From Macrostomum lignano (taxonomy: Eukaryota): DNA of 64,000 nt. The stretch's first letter is position 1. Every line of letters starts with the position of its first letter. Location: positions 620,001-684,000 of the forward strand of contig NIVC01000038.1 of assembly GCA_002269645.1 (NCBI GenBank), read 5' to 3'. Shown one piece after another: positions 1 through 12,465 of this stretch. The notes beneath the pieces are model-generated. The model saw only the letters and a list, made by a program, of their open reading frames with translations, had not been told where the DNA came from and made no database searches. A program made the translations under genes and the position numbers.

Positions 1-3000
1 GTTATTTACCTGCCTCTGTAGTGCAGCAATAGACTGTCTGCGACCTTCGTCTTCACCAGCAATAGATGCTGCAGAAGATTCAACAGCGAATAGGCGTTGT
101 TTATTATCGCTTTCAGTCTGTTGCAGAAGCACCAGCTGCTGCTGATAGTTGTTTAACTGCTGTTGTAGTTCGACTGTTAGCTTTTGCTGTTCGCCTAAAC
201 CGTTCTCCTGTGCAGCAGAGAAGGATGCCTCTACAGCATTTATCCGTTCGGATACATTTGAAACAAAAATCTGATGCTTAGCATCTAAATTTCTCTGATA
301 CTCTTCAAGCTGCTGCTTCAAATCTTCTGCTTTTACTTGTTTAGTGACCGTCTTCAAGCTGGACTCGAGCTCATCAAGACGCTTTGTCACTGTTAAAGCA
401 AGTTTGCGTTGTTCAACTTCTGCTTCTTTGAGGACAGCCAGCTGCTGCTGGTAAGTGCTGAACTGGTCCTGCAATTCCACTGTTAACTTGGACTGCTCTG
501 ATGCATCCTGCGACTTGCTAGAAGTCAACAATGTCACGGTTGATTCAACAGTTGCAAGACGTTCAGACATGGATGTTGCAAGTTTACGCAGTTCAGCTTC
601 AGCTTCTTTAAGCTTTACGAGATCTTCAACCAGACTTTCCTTATCTGCTCCTAATGAGGTTATTGACGATTCCAATGCAAATAATCGATCAGAAACATTA
701 GCATTCACACTCTGCTGCTCCGTACTAAACTGTTTTAATAGCAATAACTGCTCTTGATAACCGGACAGTTGCTGCTCGAAAGTTTTAGCTATTTTGGAAC
801 GCTCAGCTGAGTTGTGCTCATTTGACAGAGTGGATGCAGTCTCAAGAGCACTTAGACGCTCAGAAACGGCCGAGGAAAGTTTTCGCTGCTCCGCTTCTGC
901 GTCTTTAAGCAACGCCAACTGCAGCTGATAGGCATTGAGTTGTTTTTCCAGATCGGATTTCTGCTTCGCTTGTTCCTTAACCTCAGCTTCTTTCGATAGC
1001 GCATTTGCCGAGACAGCAGCTTCTAGAGCAGTCAACTGTTCCGACAATTTTGCAACAAGCGTTTGCTTTTCAGACTCCTTGTCCTGCAATAGCTTCAGCT
1101 GATCTTCATAACCACTCAATTGATTTTTCATCTCTGCAATTAGTTCTTTTTGCATTTCGTCACTATCAAATTGCTTAACCAAAGCTACAGCCGACTTAGC
1201 CTCTACAGAAGCATTTTCAGAAATCTTCTCATTTGCATCGAGCCGCTCAGAGATGGCGCCTATTTGAAGTTGATATTCTTTTAACTTTTCCTGCAATACC
1301 GAAATCTCATTATTCTGCTTGGTAAGATCAGAATTTGGTTGTGAAGTCTCAGCAGACTCAACATTTACTGGCTTAGATTCGCCAAACGAATTCAGAGTCG
1401 ATTCAACCGACACTAAACGTTGCTGAACAGCTTCTACCAGTTTTTTCTGCTCAGCCTCAGCCTGGCGCAGTTGCTCCAACTGCTTTTGATAATCGCTCAA
1501 ATGTTGTCGCAGATCAATCATTGCTTTTCGCCGTTTACCATCCTCGCCGCCGTCTTTTAGGCTAGCTGCAGAGGAGAGCACAGCTTCAATAGCTAGCAAG
1601 CGTTCTGAGATGCCACTAATTGTAGTTACTTGTTCAGACTCTGCCAGCTGCATTTGCTGTAGCAGCCTGTTCTGATTATCTAAGTCACTGGCCAGCTTAA
1701 GGCGCTCAGCAGTTGCATTCTCATGATTAGATGAAGCCATGAGGTGTACAGATTCGATACGCTCCGACATAGAAACGCTGGATTTTCTCAGCTCGATTTC
1801 AGACTCTTGCAACTGCGACAGCTGCTTCTGACAGGTCTCCATTAGGTTGCGAAGTTCCAGAAGCTGCTTCTCTCTGTCTGAGTCACTATTGCGCAATCCA
1901 GTTTTCACCTCTGAGACTAATTTTTCTACAGCAATTAAACGTTTGACAAAGGAGTCATCTGTCTCGATTTGTTGTACATCTGCCTGTTTCAACAAGTCAA
2001 TCTGTCTCTGATAGTTGACAAGATTCTGTTGCAAATCAGATATAAGCTTTTGCTGGGCAACAGCATCATCATTTTGCTGAGTAGATGACGATGAGGCTAG
2101 CTTAGATTCGACCACATCTAGTCGATCAGATACTGTGGCAGTCAGCTTTCGTTGTTCAGCTTCCACTTGTTGAAGCTGTGATACTTGATCTTTTAACTCG
2201 CCTAGTTGATGTCGAATCACATCGGAAATTTTCTCGCCCTCATTGCTCTTATCATCTTGCTTTCTCGTGCTCGTAGCAGATGACATTGACGTCTCTAAGC
2301 TGCTTAAACGTTTCGCAATGGCGGTTACCAGCTCTTGGTGTCCAGAATCAGTCTGCCGCAGCAATTCAAACTGGTTCTGATGCTGCTTCAACTGCTCATT
2401 GAACTCTTTCATCAAATTACTTCGATCCTTGTTTTCATTTGATTCGTTTATTGTGGCAGATTCTACAGACGATTCTAAAGTAGTCAAGCGACCAGACAAA
2501 GAAGTGGTGGATTCTCGCTGTTCATCACCATCTTTGCGCAGCTGTGCCAACTGCTTCTGGAAATCGGCCATTTGCTGTTGCATATCCTGCTGCATCTTGT
2601 CTTGATTCTCCCTAGAGGCTTTCTCAATCGCAGTGAGCCGATCAGCAACACTCGCAGCATTCTTTTTCTGCTCAGAATCTGCTTCTTTAAGCGACACAAT
2701 CTCCTGGCTATTGTCATTTAACTGCTGTTGAATCTTTACCGTCAAAGTTTGATAGATTGTATCACCTTCGCTTGGTTTGACAACTGATTCAGTTGAAGAG
2801 GCTTTTGGAGGCATTTTTTCAATCGCAATAAGACGCTCGGATATGTCCGACGTCTGCTTGTTTAACTTCGACTCAGAATTCATTAAAGCAGTTAGCTGCT
2901 TCTGCTGCTTCTCTAATTGCTGCTGAAGTAGCTCCGCAAGCTTCTGGCGTTCTTTATCACTTTTCTGCTCAACCGAATCTAACCGTTTGGCCACCAAAGC

Positions 3001-4763
3001 TTCGCTTTTTTTCTGTTCTGAACTGGCTTTCTGCAAAAGCAGTATCATGCTTTTATGCTCACCTATGTCACGCTGCAAGTCTAATAAGGTCTGCTGCTGC
3101 TGCTTCTCAGCAATGGCAGACTCAGATGTTGAGCCTTCAATTAATACCAAGCGATTATTAGTATCAGTGACAAGCGACTTCTGCTCCAATAGTGTCTTCT
3201 GCAACAATGATAGCCGGTTTTCATACTCGCCCAACTGCTCTTTAACATCGACGGCCAGTTTTAAACGCTCTTTTTCAGCATCTTGCTGAGCACGCTGTTG
3301 CTCTGACACCGACTCAGATAGCGACTTCTCCGCTTTTTCAACGGTATCTAACTGATTAACAGCAGTTGCGATATGCTTAGCTTGCTCAGCTGCATGTTTT
3401 TTTAACGACGTTAACTGTTTCTCATGCTCGTTCCACTTCTGCTGACTACGCATTCTTTCATCGCTAACCCGTTGCGTCACAATGTCCATACGCCCTGACA
3501 GTTCCTTCAACATCTGTTGTCGAAGTTCGCCTGCCAAACTCAACTGCGCCTTCTCCAATTTACTAATCCTATCCGACATTGACGAGGTGAACTGCAGCTG
3601 ATCCGCATCTGCTTGACGTAAAACAGCAATTTGACGCTCAATTTCTGTGGAATTATTCTCGTCTGTAGAATCCGAACCGACCACAACTTGGCTATTAGTC
3701 TGTTGAGCTAATCGCTGCAATAGCAGCTTTCTCTGCGCCTCATCATTCTCCCTCTGTTGGGCCAGCAGGTTCAACATGCTACGCATCTCTGTCAGCTCTT
3801 GATTCCAGCGCAGCTCCATGTTGGCAACAATTTTCGAATCGCAGCATCCTTGTTGACCGCCGACTGCATCTAGCGGAACTCCAGTGGAAGTGTGCGCAGT
3901 GGTACCATTGCTATTGCGCAGTGCAGCAAGAATCGGTGACAATACGTACCACCAGACAGTTAGCAAAGCTAGCGGAAGAAATATTAGCAAACACAACAGC
4001 AATAGCAGAGTCGAACTAGAACAGAAACACCACGAGCTTTTGCGTTGAACATTCCGATAATGCTGCTGTCTAGTGACAGAAACCGCCGCAGACCTAGACG
4101 ATGACACAGCAGTAACTGAATCTTTAACTGCCGATATTGCAGAAACCAGCGGAGCCAATACAAACTGAGCAGTCGCTTTTGCCAAATTGGCCGAGAAAGC
4201 TACTGCGGTGAGCAAACCGGAGACTATCTTTTGTTTAGTATTTGCCAGCATAGTTCTACTTGTTGTTGTTGTTGTTGTTGCTGTTCTAACAGTTGACATG
4301 GTAGTCCTACTACTCAAACTAGAATTGTAAGCGTAGTCTGGTTGGTATCGAGCACCTTCATAGTATTGCCTGCTCAGAGTGGCCTCAACCGTGCCTCTGT
4401 CTCCCTGGTGATCCTCATCGTCACTGCCATCATCATCATATTCATGAGCAGCATCTCCCGCTGTCAACGTATCGCCGTCGGCAGTTCGCAGCTTGAATCG
4501 GACAGATCGTCGAACATCAGAAGATGTCAACTTCAACGAAGCAACGCCGTGCAGCCGACAATCGACGTGGCCGCAGTGGACGCCGCCTTCGGCCCGGCAG
4601 CGCGATCTGAGCACACGATCGGACTCGCTGCTGCCGTGCAGCGACAGAGTTGACGCTGAAAATCTTCGACGCTCACGGATGCCAATGCCGCTGCTGCCGA
4701 CGCTGCTGCTGGCAGTCGAGGCCGACGAGGAGCCAACGATGCTGACGGGGCTGACTGGTGCAA
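1..4763 (-). CDS. SUN1: SUN1-like inner nuclear membrane protein, giant exon 5 (Ser-rich nucleoplasmic part, TM helix at ~3940-4012, >1300 aa luminal coiled coil); gene continues past the left edge, where the SUN domain is expected
   Basis: Acceptor ttgcag at 4765/4764, in phase with exon 4. No stop found in the many segments I translated; absence from the ORF track is consistent with an ORF running off the window. Translation includes TLLLLLCLLIFLPLALLTVWWYVL followed by Q/E/L/K heptads. A possible donor CAG|GTAAAT lies at position 10/9. The symbol rests on the N-terminal motif and topology; the SUN domain itself is not visible. Confidence 0.8.
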
Positions 4764-4861
4764 CTGCAATGTGGCGTTAGTGGGAATAAATTTATACTTC
4801 AAAATGCTTTGCAAGTTTGCATATGTAGTGCAGTGAATCAGGAATTAGGGCGTTAGTTAGA

Positions 4862-5296
4862 TACGCCAAACCTGGATTAAACGGGCGCCGAAACTGAATT
4901 AAGGGGCGCCGAAACTGAATTAAGGGGCGCCGAAACTGAATTAAGGGGCGCCGAAACTGAATTAAGGGGCGCCGAATCTGGATTAAGGGCGCTGAATCTG
5001 GATTAAGAGCGCTGAATCTGGATTAAGGGGCGCTGAATCTGAATTAAGAGGCCACCAAACCTGGATTAAGAGGTGCTGAATCTGGATTAAGAGGCCTCCG
5101 AACCTGGATTAAGAGACCACCGAATCTGGATTAAGAGGCCACCGAACCAGGAGTAAGGGGCGCTGAATCTGGATTAAGAGGCCACCGAACCTGGATTAAG
5201 AGACCACCGAATCTGGATTAAGAGGCCACCGAACCTGGATTAAGAGACCACCGAATCTGGATTAAGAGACCACCGAATCAGGATTAAGACACTTAA
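4862..5296. repeat. 21-22 bp tandem repeat (GGGGCGCCGAAACTGAATTAA drifting to GACCACCGAACCTGGATTAAGA) in SUN intron 4
   Basis: About 20 directly visible units. Confidence 0.95.
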
Positions 5297-5370
5297 TCCA
5301 AATTTTCGGATTTTCAAAATGACAATTCACAATCCAAACAAATTAAAAGTCAAAAACACGGATGACTCAC

Positions 5371-5948
5371 TGTTGAAAGGACTGGGCGAGCCAGCAAAAC
5401 AGCCAGCCGTGTTGCCAGGTGGGCTGTGCAAAGGTGATCGACTCAAATTCGGACTGCGCCAATTACGGTGCAGCAACTCGGTCTGATAGCTGCCGCTGGA
5501 AAGTAGTATATTAAGCAATCATAATCATTATGATTATTATTTATTCAACTACACTTTTAGCATAACAACAACACTATACTACTTAGCAGTAACCTTACCT
5601 GTAAGCGTAGGTGTAATTAGATTTGGGCGATCTGGAAAAATAAATATTAATATTAAATACATAAATGATCTAAAAACCATATACTACTACTAATTAGCTG
5701 TAGTAAGTAGTAAAAAACAACTCACACTTCGTGATAAAGTCTGTGATCGTTTGGGTTTAAGTAGGAAAATGTCTCATTCAGCGATGACAGCTCCTCGAAT
5801 CTATAAAAAAACACAAGTTGTTGCATCAATATTAGAGCTTATTTTGCCTTTATACTACTTTTTCGGGCTTGAAATAAGTAGTTAAAACAGCTTAAATGAA
5901 TTTCCAGACTTACGCTGAGGAGCCGTCAGGTGAACCGAAGGCTGACAT
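5371..5948 (-). CDS. SUN1: SUN1-like gene, coding exons 1-4 (5914-5948, 5726-5800, 5599-5631, 5371-5495)
   Basis: ATG at 5948. All junctions are GT-AG with consistent phases (2,2,2,1). Spliced product: MSAFGSPDGSSAFEELSSLNETFSYLNPNDHRLYHEVSPKSNYTYAYSGSYQTELLHRNWRSPNLSRSPL. It resembles the SUN1 N-terminal MRP motif (GYTYALSSSY...DSPRMSRRSL, recalled). Confidence 0.8.
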
Positions 5949-6749
5949 AAACCAGACACACTCGCGAAGTTTGCTGAAATTATCAGTTGTTATCATATTT
6001 GAACTACTTTTAGTAGTGAAAATGTGCTAAATGCGAAGATTAATTTATAATTAACTAAATTGATACGAGTCTGATTTTATCTGCGCAGCGGCTGTAATTA
6101 GCATTTGACCTTTTATTACACCCCCCCTGCTGAACCACTCCCGGGCACGCGCAATTAAATCTAAGCACCAAAGTCAATTACCGGTCCGACAAAATTTCAA
6201 TTAATAATAAAAATCTAATTGTCGCTTAATTAGGCCCTTTTTAAATTAAAAACAAGCAGGTGACTTCAAGTGAAGATAGGAATGATTTTTCAACCAACCA
6301 AAAAAAACAGGTTTTTATTTTCAAAATAAATAGAAGCAATAGAAGCTAGTCTAGAGAAAATCTAAACAGAAAATCACATATTTAAGCTTTTTATAATACA
6401 GTATAACAAGCAACAGGAGTACAGGACGGACCGAAAACATCGCTTGAGATCTTGAAGTTTTTGTTTCTTTGAAAAATAAAAACAGCAGTTTCTCGGTATT
6501 GTAAAATTACTGCAGATTATAAAAACATTTATTCTTATAGGAGAAAAATAAAAAGAAAAACTACATTAGGATACAAGAAAGCAAAATTGGATTTGATAAA
6601 TAAACATAATAGAAGTGTATCACAGCTTTAAACAAATTTTAGCAATCATGCTTATCGGCAGTTCCCACAGTAGTTATTATTAAAATTTAATTATGTAGAG
6701 ATTCCAATTCATAGATATTTATCTTTAATCTGTCTGATTAAAAGATTCT

Positions 6750-8045
6750 GACATTGGGTTCCCTGTCGGTGACCATTGTGTTTAGACTATTGAGTTCACT
6801 GTCAGTGACCATTGTGTTTAGACTATTGAGTTCACTGTCAGTGACCATTGTGTTTAGACTATTGAGTTCACTGTCGGTGACCATTGTGTTTAGACTATTG
6901 AGTTCACTGTCAGTGACCATTGTGTTTAGACTATTGAGTTCACTGTCAGTGACCATTGTGTTTAGATATTGAGTTCACTGTCAGTGACCATTGTGTTTAG
7001 ACTATTGAGATCACTGTCAGTGACCATTGTGTTTAGACTATTGAGTTCACTGTCAGTGACCATTGTGTTTAGACTATTGAGTTCACTGTCAGTGACCATT
7101 GTGTTTAGACTATTGGGTTCACTGTCAGTGACCATTGTGTTTAGACTATTGAGTTCACTGTCAGTGACCATTGTGTTTAGACTATTGGGTTCACTTCCAG
7201 TGACTGTCGTTTAGATATTGGGTTCACTGTCAGAGACCATTGTTTAGATATTGGGTTTCCTGTCAGAGACCATTGTGTTTAGATATTGGGTTTCCTGTCA
7301 GAGACCATTGTGTTTAGATATTGGGTTTCCTGTCAGAGACCATTGTGTTTAGATATTGGGTTTCCTGTCAGAGACCATTGTGTTTAGATATTGGGTTTCC
7401 TGTCAGAGACCATTGTGTTTAGATATTGGGTTTCCTGTCAGAGACCATTGTGTTTAGATATTGGGTTTCCTGTCAGAGACCATTGTGTTTAGATATTGGG
7501 TTTCCTGTCAGAGACCATTGTGTTTAGATATTGGGTTCAATGTCAGAGACCATTGTGTTTAGATATTGGGTTTCCTGTCAGAGACCATTGTGTTTAGATA
7601 TTGGGTTTCCTGTCAGAGACCATTGTGTTTAAATATTAGGTTTCCTGTCAGAGACCATTGTGTTTAGATATTGGGTTCACTGTCAGAGACCATTGTGTTT
7701 AGATATTGGGTTTCCTGTCAGAGACCATTGTGTTTAGATATTGGGTTCACTGTCAGAGACCATTGTGTTTAGATATTGGGTTCACTGTCAGAGACCATTG
7801 TGTTTAGATATTGGGTTTCCTGTCAGAGACCATTGTGTTTAGATATTGGGTTCAATGTCAGAGACCATTGTGTTTAGATATTGGGTTCACTGTCAGAGAC
7901 CATTGTGTTTAGATATTGGGTTCACTGTCAGAGACCATTGTGTTTAGATATTGGGTTTCCTGTCAGAGACCATTGTGTTTAGATATTGGGTTTCCTGTCA
8001 GAGACCAATTTTTAGCTATTGATTTCACTGACAGTGACCATTTGA
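6750..8045. repeat. 36-bp (left) to 35-bp (right) tandem minisatellite downstream of the LRRC34 stop
   Basis: Unit CCATTGTGTTTAGACTATTGAGTTCACTGTCAGTGA, about 36 copies, with no spacers. Confidence 0.97.
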
Positions 8046-8216
8046 AAAGTTTGGTTATACAATTAGGAGCCTCTCTCTAGACTGATTCTTACTAATAAAA
8101 TTATCAACAAAAACTTCGCATTTAGAAAGATATAAAAGAAAAAAATCATAAAACTTCAAGTCATCACAAAAAAGAGTACTCAGCCGCAATGGATCATCAG
8201 ATGAGCTCAATCAGTT

Positions 8217-8834
8217 TTAATTCAGCCGAAACCGCCTATCCTGCGGCACTTGATCTCCGTACACAGGTGCCGTGAACCTGTACAACCGGTAGTCCACATC
8301 CCTGTTCACCTGGGACAGGCACCAGCGATCGTCAACGCTGTAAGCTCGCACATCCGTGTCGTCCTCGCGCAAGCGACCGCTTGATCCCAGCAGTTCAGCG
8401 TACGCAGCTGCACAACTGGCATCCGTGAGGTCGTTGCCCCAGATGAAAAGCCGCTCCAGACTGGTGTTGTACTTGAGCGAATCCGCCACAGCCACCAGGC
8501 CGTCGCTTTTAATCTCGTTAAATTTGATAACCAAACAGCGCAGATTGGTGTTGGCGCCAATCAGTGCGCTAGCGATGCACTTGGCGCCGTCGCATTCCAG
8601 CCGGTTGTAGGACAGATCCAGCAGTTGCAGTGGCGTGTCGCGACACAGCACATTGGCAAGCACTTTGGCGCCGTCCCGGGTGATGCGGTTGCAGCTGAGA
8701 TCCAGCACCGTCAGGGCGCGGTTGGCAACAAGGCCATCGGCGATGCGGTTGGCGCCAAAGTCGCGCATCTCGTACTTGGCCAGATGAAGCTCGCGGAGGC
8801 TGCGGTTCTGGGCCAGCATCTCGCCCATGTGCAC
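8217..8834 (-). CDS. LRRC34: Leucine-rich repeat-containing protein 34, exon 2 (terminal)
   Basis: Acceptor ccgcag|GTG. Translation VHMGEML...LDLSCNRITRDG...LDLSYNRLE...LFIWGN...DTDV matches the recalled LRRC34 C-terminal half; RI-like LRRs. Confidence 0.92.
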   Translation of the reverse strand: MHMGEMLAQNRSLRELHLAKYEMRDFGANRIADGLVANRALTVLDLSCNRITRDGAKVLANVLCRDTPLQLLDLSYNRLECDGAKCIASALIGANTNLRCLVIKFNEIKSDGLVAVADSLKYNTSLERLFIWGNDLTDASCAAAYAELLGSSGRLREDDTDVRAYSVDDRWCLSQVNRDVDYRLYRFTAPVYGDQVPQDRRFRLN

Positions 8835-8856
8835 CTGCGGGTGAGGAGCGGGAACT

Positions 8857-10826
8857 GGGTTCAGGGCTGTGGTGATGATGGGTTCAGAGCTGTTGCGTTA
8901 GGGCTGTGGTTATTATAGCTTCAGGGCTGTGGTGATTATAGCTTCAGGGCTGTGGTGATGATAGCTTTAGGGCTGTGGTGATTATAGCTTCAGGGCTGTG
9001 GTGATGATAGCTTCAGGGCTGTGGTGATGATAGCTTCAGGGCTGTGGTGACGCTGGTTCAGGGCTGTGGTGACGATAGCTTCAGGGCTGTGGTGATTATA
9101 GCTTCAGGGCTGTGGTGATTATAGCTTCAGGGCTGTGGTGATTAAAGCTTCAGGGCTGTGGTGATTATAGCTTCAGGGCTGTGGTGATTATAGCTTCAGG
9201 GCTGTGGTGATTATAGCTTCAGGGCTGTGGTGATTATAGCTTCAGGGCTGTGGTGATTATAGCTTCAGGGCTGTGGTGATTATAGCTTCAGGGCTGTGGT
9301 GATTATAGCTTCAGGGCTGTGGTGATTATAGCTTCAGGGCTGTGGTGATTATAGCTTCAGGGCTGTGGTGACGATAGCTTCAGGGCTGTGGTGACGATAG
9401 CTTCAGGGCTGTGGTGATTATAGCTTCAGGACTGGTGATTATAGCTTCAGGGCTGTGGTGATTATAGCTTCAGGACTGGTGATTATAGCTTCAGGGCTGT
9501 GGTGACGATAGCTTCAGGGCTGTGGTGATGATAGCTTCAGGGCTGTGGTGACGATAGCTTCAGGGCTGTGGTGATTATAGCTTCAGGACTGGTGATTATA
9601 GCTTCAGGGCTGTGGTGATTATAGCTTCAGGACTGGTGATTATAGCTTCAGGGCTGTGGTGATTATAGCTTCAGGACTGGTGATTATAGCTTCAGGGCTG
9701 TGGTGACGATAGCTTCAGGGCTGTGGTGATGATAGCTTCAGGGCTGTGGTGACGATAGCTTCAGGGCTGTGGTGATTATAGCTTCAGGACTGGTGATTAT
9801 AGCTTCAGGGCTGTGGTGATTATAGCTTCAGGACTGGTGATTATAGCTTCAGGGCTGTGGTGATGATAGCTTCAGGACTGTGGTGATTATAGCTTCAGGG
9901 CTGTGGTGATGATAGCTTCAGGGCTGTGGTGATGATAGCTTCAGGGCTGTGGTGATGATAGCTTCAGGACTGTGGTGATGATATAGCTTCAGGGCTGTGG
10001 TGATTATAGCTTCAGGACTGTGGTGATGATAGCTTCAGGGCTGTGGTGACGATAGCTTCAGGGCTGTGGTGATGATAGCTTCAGGACTGTGGTGATGATA
10101 GCTTCAGGGCTGTGGTGACGATAGCTTCAGGACTGTGGTGATTATAGCTTCAGGGCTGTGGTGACGATAGCTTCAGGGCTGTGGTGATGATAGCTTCAGG
10201 GCTGTGGTGATGATAGCTTCAGGGCTGTGGTGACGATAGCTTCAGGGCTGTGGTGATGATAGCTTAAGGGCTGTGGTGATGATAGCTTCAGGGCTGTGGT
10301 GACGATAGCTTCAGGGCTGTGGTGACGATAGCTTCAGGGCTGTGGTGATGATAGCTTCAGGGCTGTGGTGATGATAGCTTCAGGGCTGTGGTGATGATAG
10401 CTTCAGGACTGTGGTGATGATAGCTTCAGGACTGTGGTGATGATAGCTTCAGGACTGTGGTGATGATAGCTTCAGGGCTGTGGTGATGATAGCTTCAGGG
10501 CTGTGGTGATGATAGCTTCAGGGTTGTGGTGATGATAGCTTCAGGACTGTGGTGATGATAGCTTCAGGGCTGTGGTGATGATAGCTTCAGGGCTGTGGTG
10601 ATGATAGCTTCAGGACTGTGGTGATGATAGCTTCAGGGCTGTGGTGATGATAGCTTCAGGGCTGTGGTGATGATAGCTTCAGGGTTGTGGTGATGATAGC
10701 TTCAGGGTTGTGGTGATTATAGTTTCAGGGCTGTGGTGATTATAGCTTCAGGACTGTGGTGATGATAGCTTCAGGGTTGTGGTGATGATAGCTTCAGGGC
10801 TGTGGTGATTATAGCTTCAGGGCTGT
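8857..10826. repeat. 23-bp satellite (TATAGCTTCAGGGCTGTGGTGAT, with 21-bp variants) at the acceptor end of the LRRC34 intron
   Basis: About 85 copies; the array starts about 20 nt from the 3' splice site. Confidence 0.97.
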
Positions 10827-11575
10827 AGTAGTGATATATGTTCAATGGTGGCTGTGAAGACACTGCATTTAGGGCTAGTAGTGATAATTGAAATAAAGTA
10901 GGTAGCAGAGATTAGAAAGCCGGAGATTAGACCCAGTCAGTCAGTACAGAAATGTCCATTAGATCAACTGTGACGAGTTGAAAACTGTGCAAATCGATAT
11001 AAATATAGGAGCTAACAATGCCAAGAAGTACATTTATGAGATTGACCAGTGTAAGTCTTATTGAGCACTTGACTAGAATTCATATGGACTATTTGATTTG
11101 ATTTTATTGATTTCTCTTCCATATAAGTAGTGCACTTGTCTGACTTCACATTGCGTAGGCGGCCTCTACAACCTCCCACTGTCGCGCACAGCACATAAGA
11201 TTTCACTCAGCACGTCAACCCACACACTTGCACTGACACTAGTTAGACAAAACTGCTACAAATGCTTATAAAGACTATAAGACTGTACCCAAGACAGGAA
11301 ACGCCTTTAAACTATCTGTCTTAGTTAACGAGTTCTATATTATACTCGTATTTGACTGTATGGCCTCTACATGCACCTTTTCGTGGCAATTGGAATTGCA
11401 TTTGCCAAAATTTTAACTTCAATGCCCAAATGGACTGCAAAAAAGATAAATACTCATCACTTGTCAAGAGAAATTTAGAAATCAGATGAATGATTATACT
11501 TAATGGTGCCACTACATCTTAATCGTTGCTGCCACTACTCTTACTGAACCTGCAGTGTATCTAGCTAATCAATTA

Positions 11576-12465
11576 CCTGAATCTGAACCCGCTACCTGAA
11601 TATTTTATCTGAACCCCTACCTGAATATTCTATCTGAACCCCTACCTGAATCTTCTATCTGAACCCCTACCTGAACATTCAGTCTGTCTGAACCCCTACC
11701 TGAACCTTCGGTCTGTCTGAACCCCTGCCTGAACCTACCCTGAACCCCTACCTGAACCTTTTATCTGAACCCCTACCTGAACCTTCTATCTGAATCTGAA
11801 CCCCTACCTGAACCTTCTATCTGAACCCCTACCTGAACCTTCTATCTGAACCCCTACCTGAACCTTCTATCTGAACCCCTACCTGAACCTTCTATCTGAA
11901 CCCCTACCTGAACCTTCTATCTGAACCCCTACCTGAACCTTCTATCTGAACCCCTACCTGAACCTTCTATCTGAATCTGAACCCCTACCTGAACCTTCTA
12001 TCTGAATCTGAACCCCTACCTGAACCTTCTGAATCTGAACCCCTACCTGAACCTTCTATCTGAACCCCTACCTGAACCTTCTATCTGAACCCCTATCTGA
12101 ACCTTCTATCTGAACCCCTACCTGAATCTTCTATCTGAACCCCTACCTGAACCTTCTATCTGAATCTGAACCCCTACCTGAACCTTCTATCTGAACCCCT
12201 ACCTGAACCTTCTATCTGAATCTGAACCCCTACCTGAATCTTCTATCTGAAACCCTACCTGAACTTTCTATCTGAACCCCTACCTGAACCTTCTATCTGA
12301 ATCTAAACCTTACCTAAACCTTCTATCTGAATCTGAACCCCTACCTGAACCTTCTATCTGAAACCCTACCTGAACATTCGGTCTGTCTGATCCCCTACCT
12401 GAACATTCGGTCTGTCTGAACCCCTACTTGAACCTGAACCTACCCTGAACCCCTTACCGAACCTT
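11576..12465. repeat. 25-bp satellite (CTGAACCCCTACCTGAACCTTCTAT, with 31-bp variants) at the donor end of the LRRC34 intron
   Basis: About 33 copies; the array ends about 20 nt from the 5' splice site. Confidence 0.97.

Noticed and set aside
66-4814. Plus-strand and short alternative-frame ORFs in the track
   Set aside because: They are antisense or off-frame shadows of the long minus-strand SUN-like exon.
6750-8045. CRISPR-like 36-bp repeat
   Set aside because: Units are head-to-tail with no unique spacers, there are no cas genes, and the context is eukaryotic. The same applies to the 34-, 23- and 49-bp arrays.
10824-11517. Possible solo LTR (TGTAG...CTACA) in the LRRC34 intron
   Set aside because: No target-site duplication, and the left end is just the tail of the satellite.
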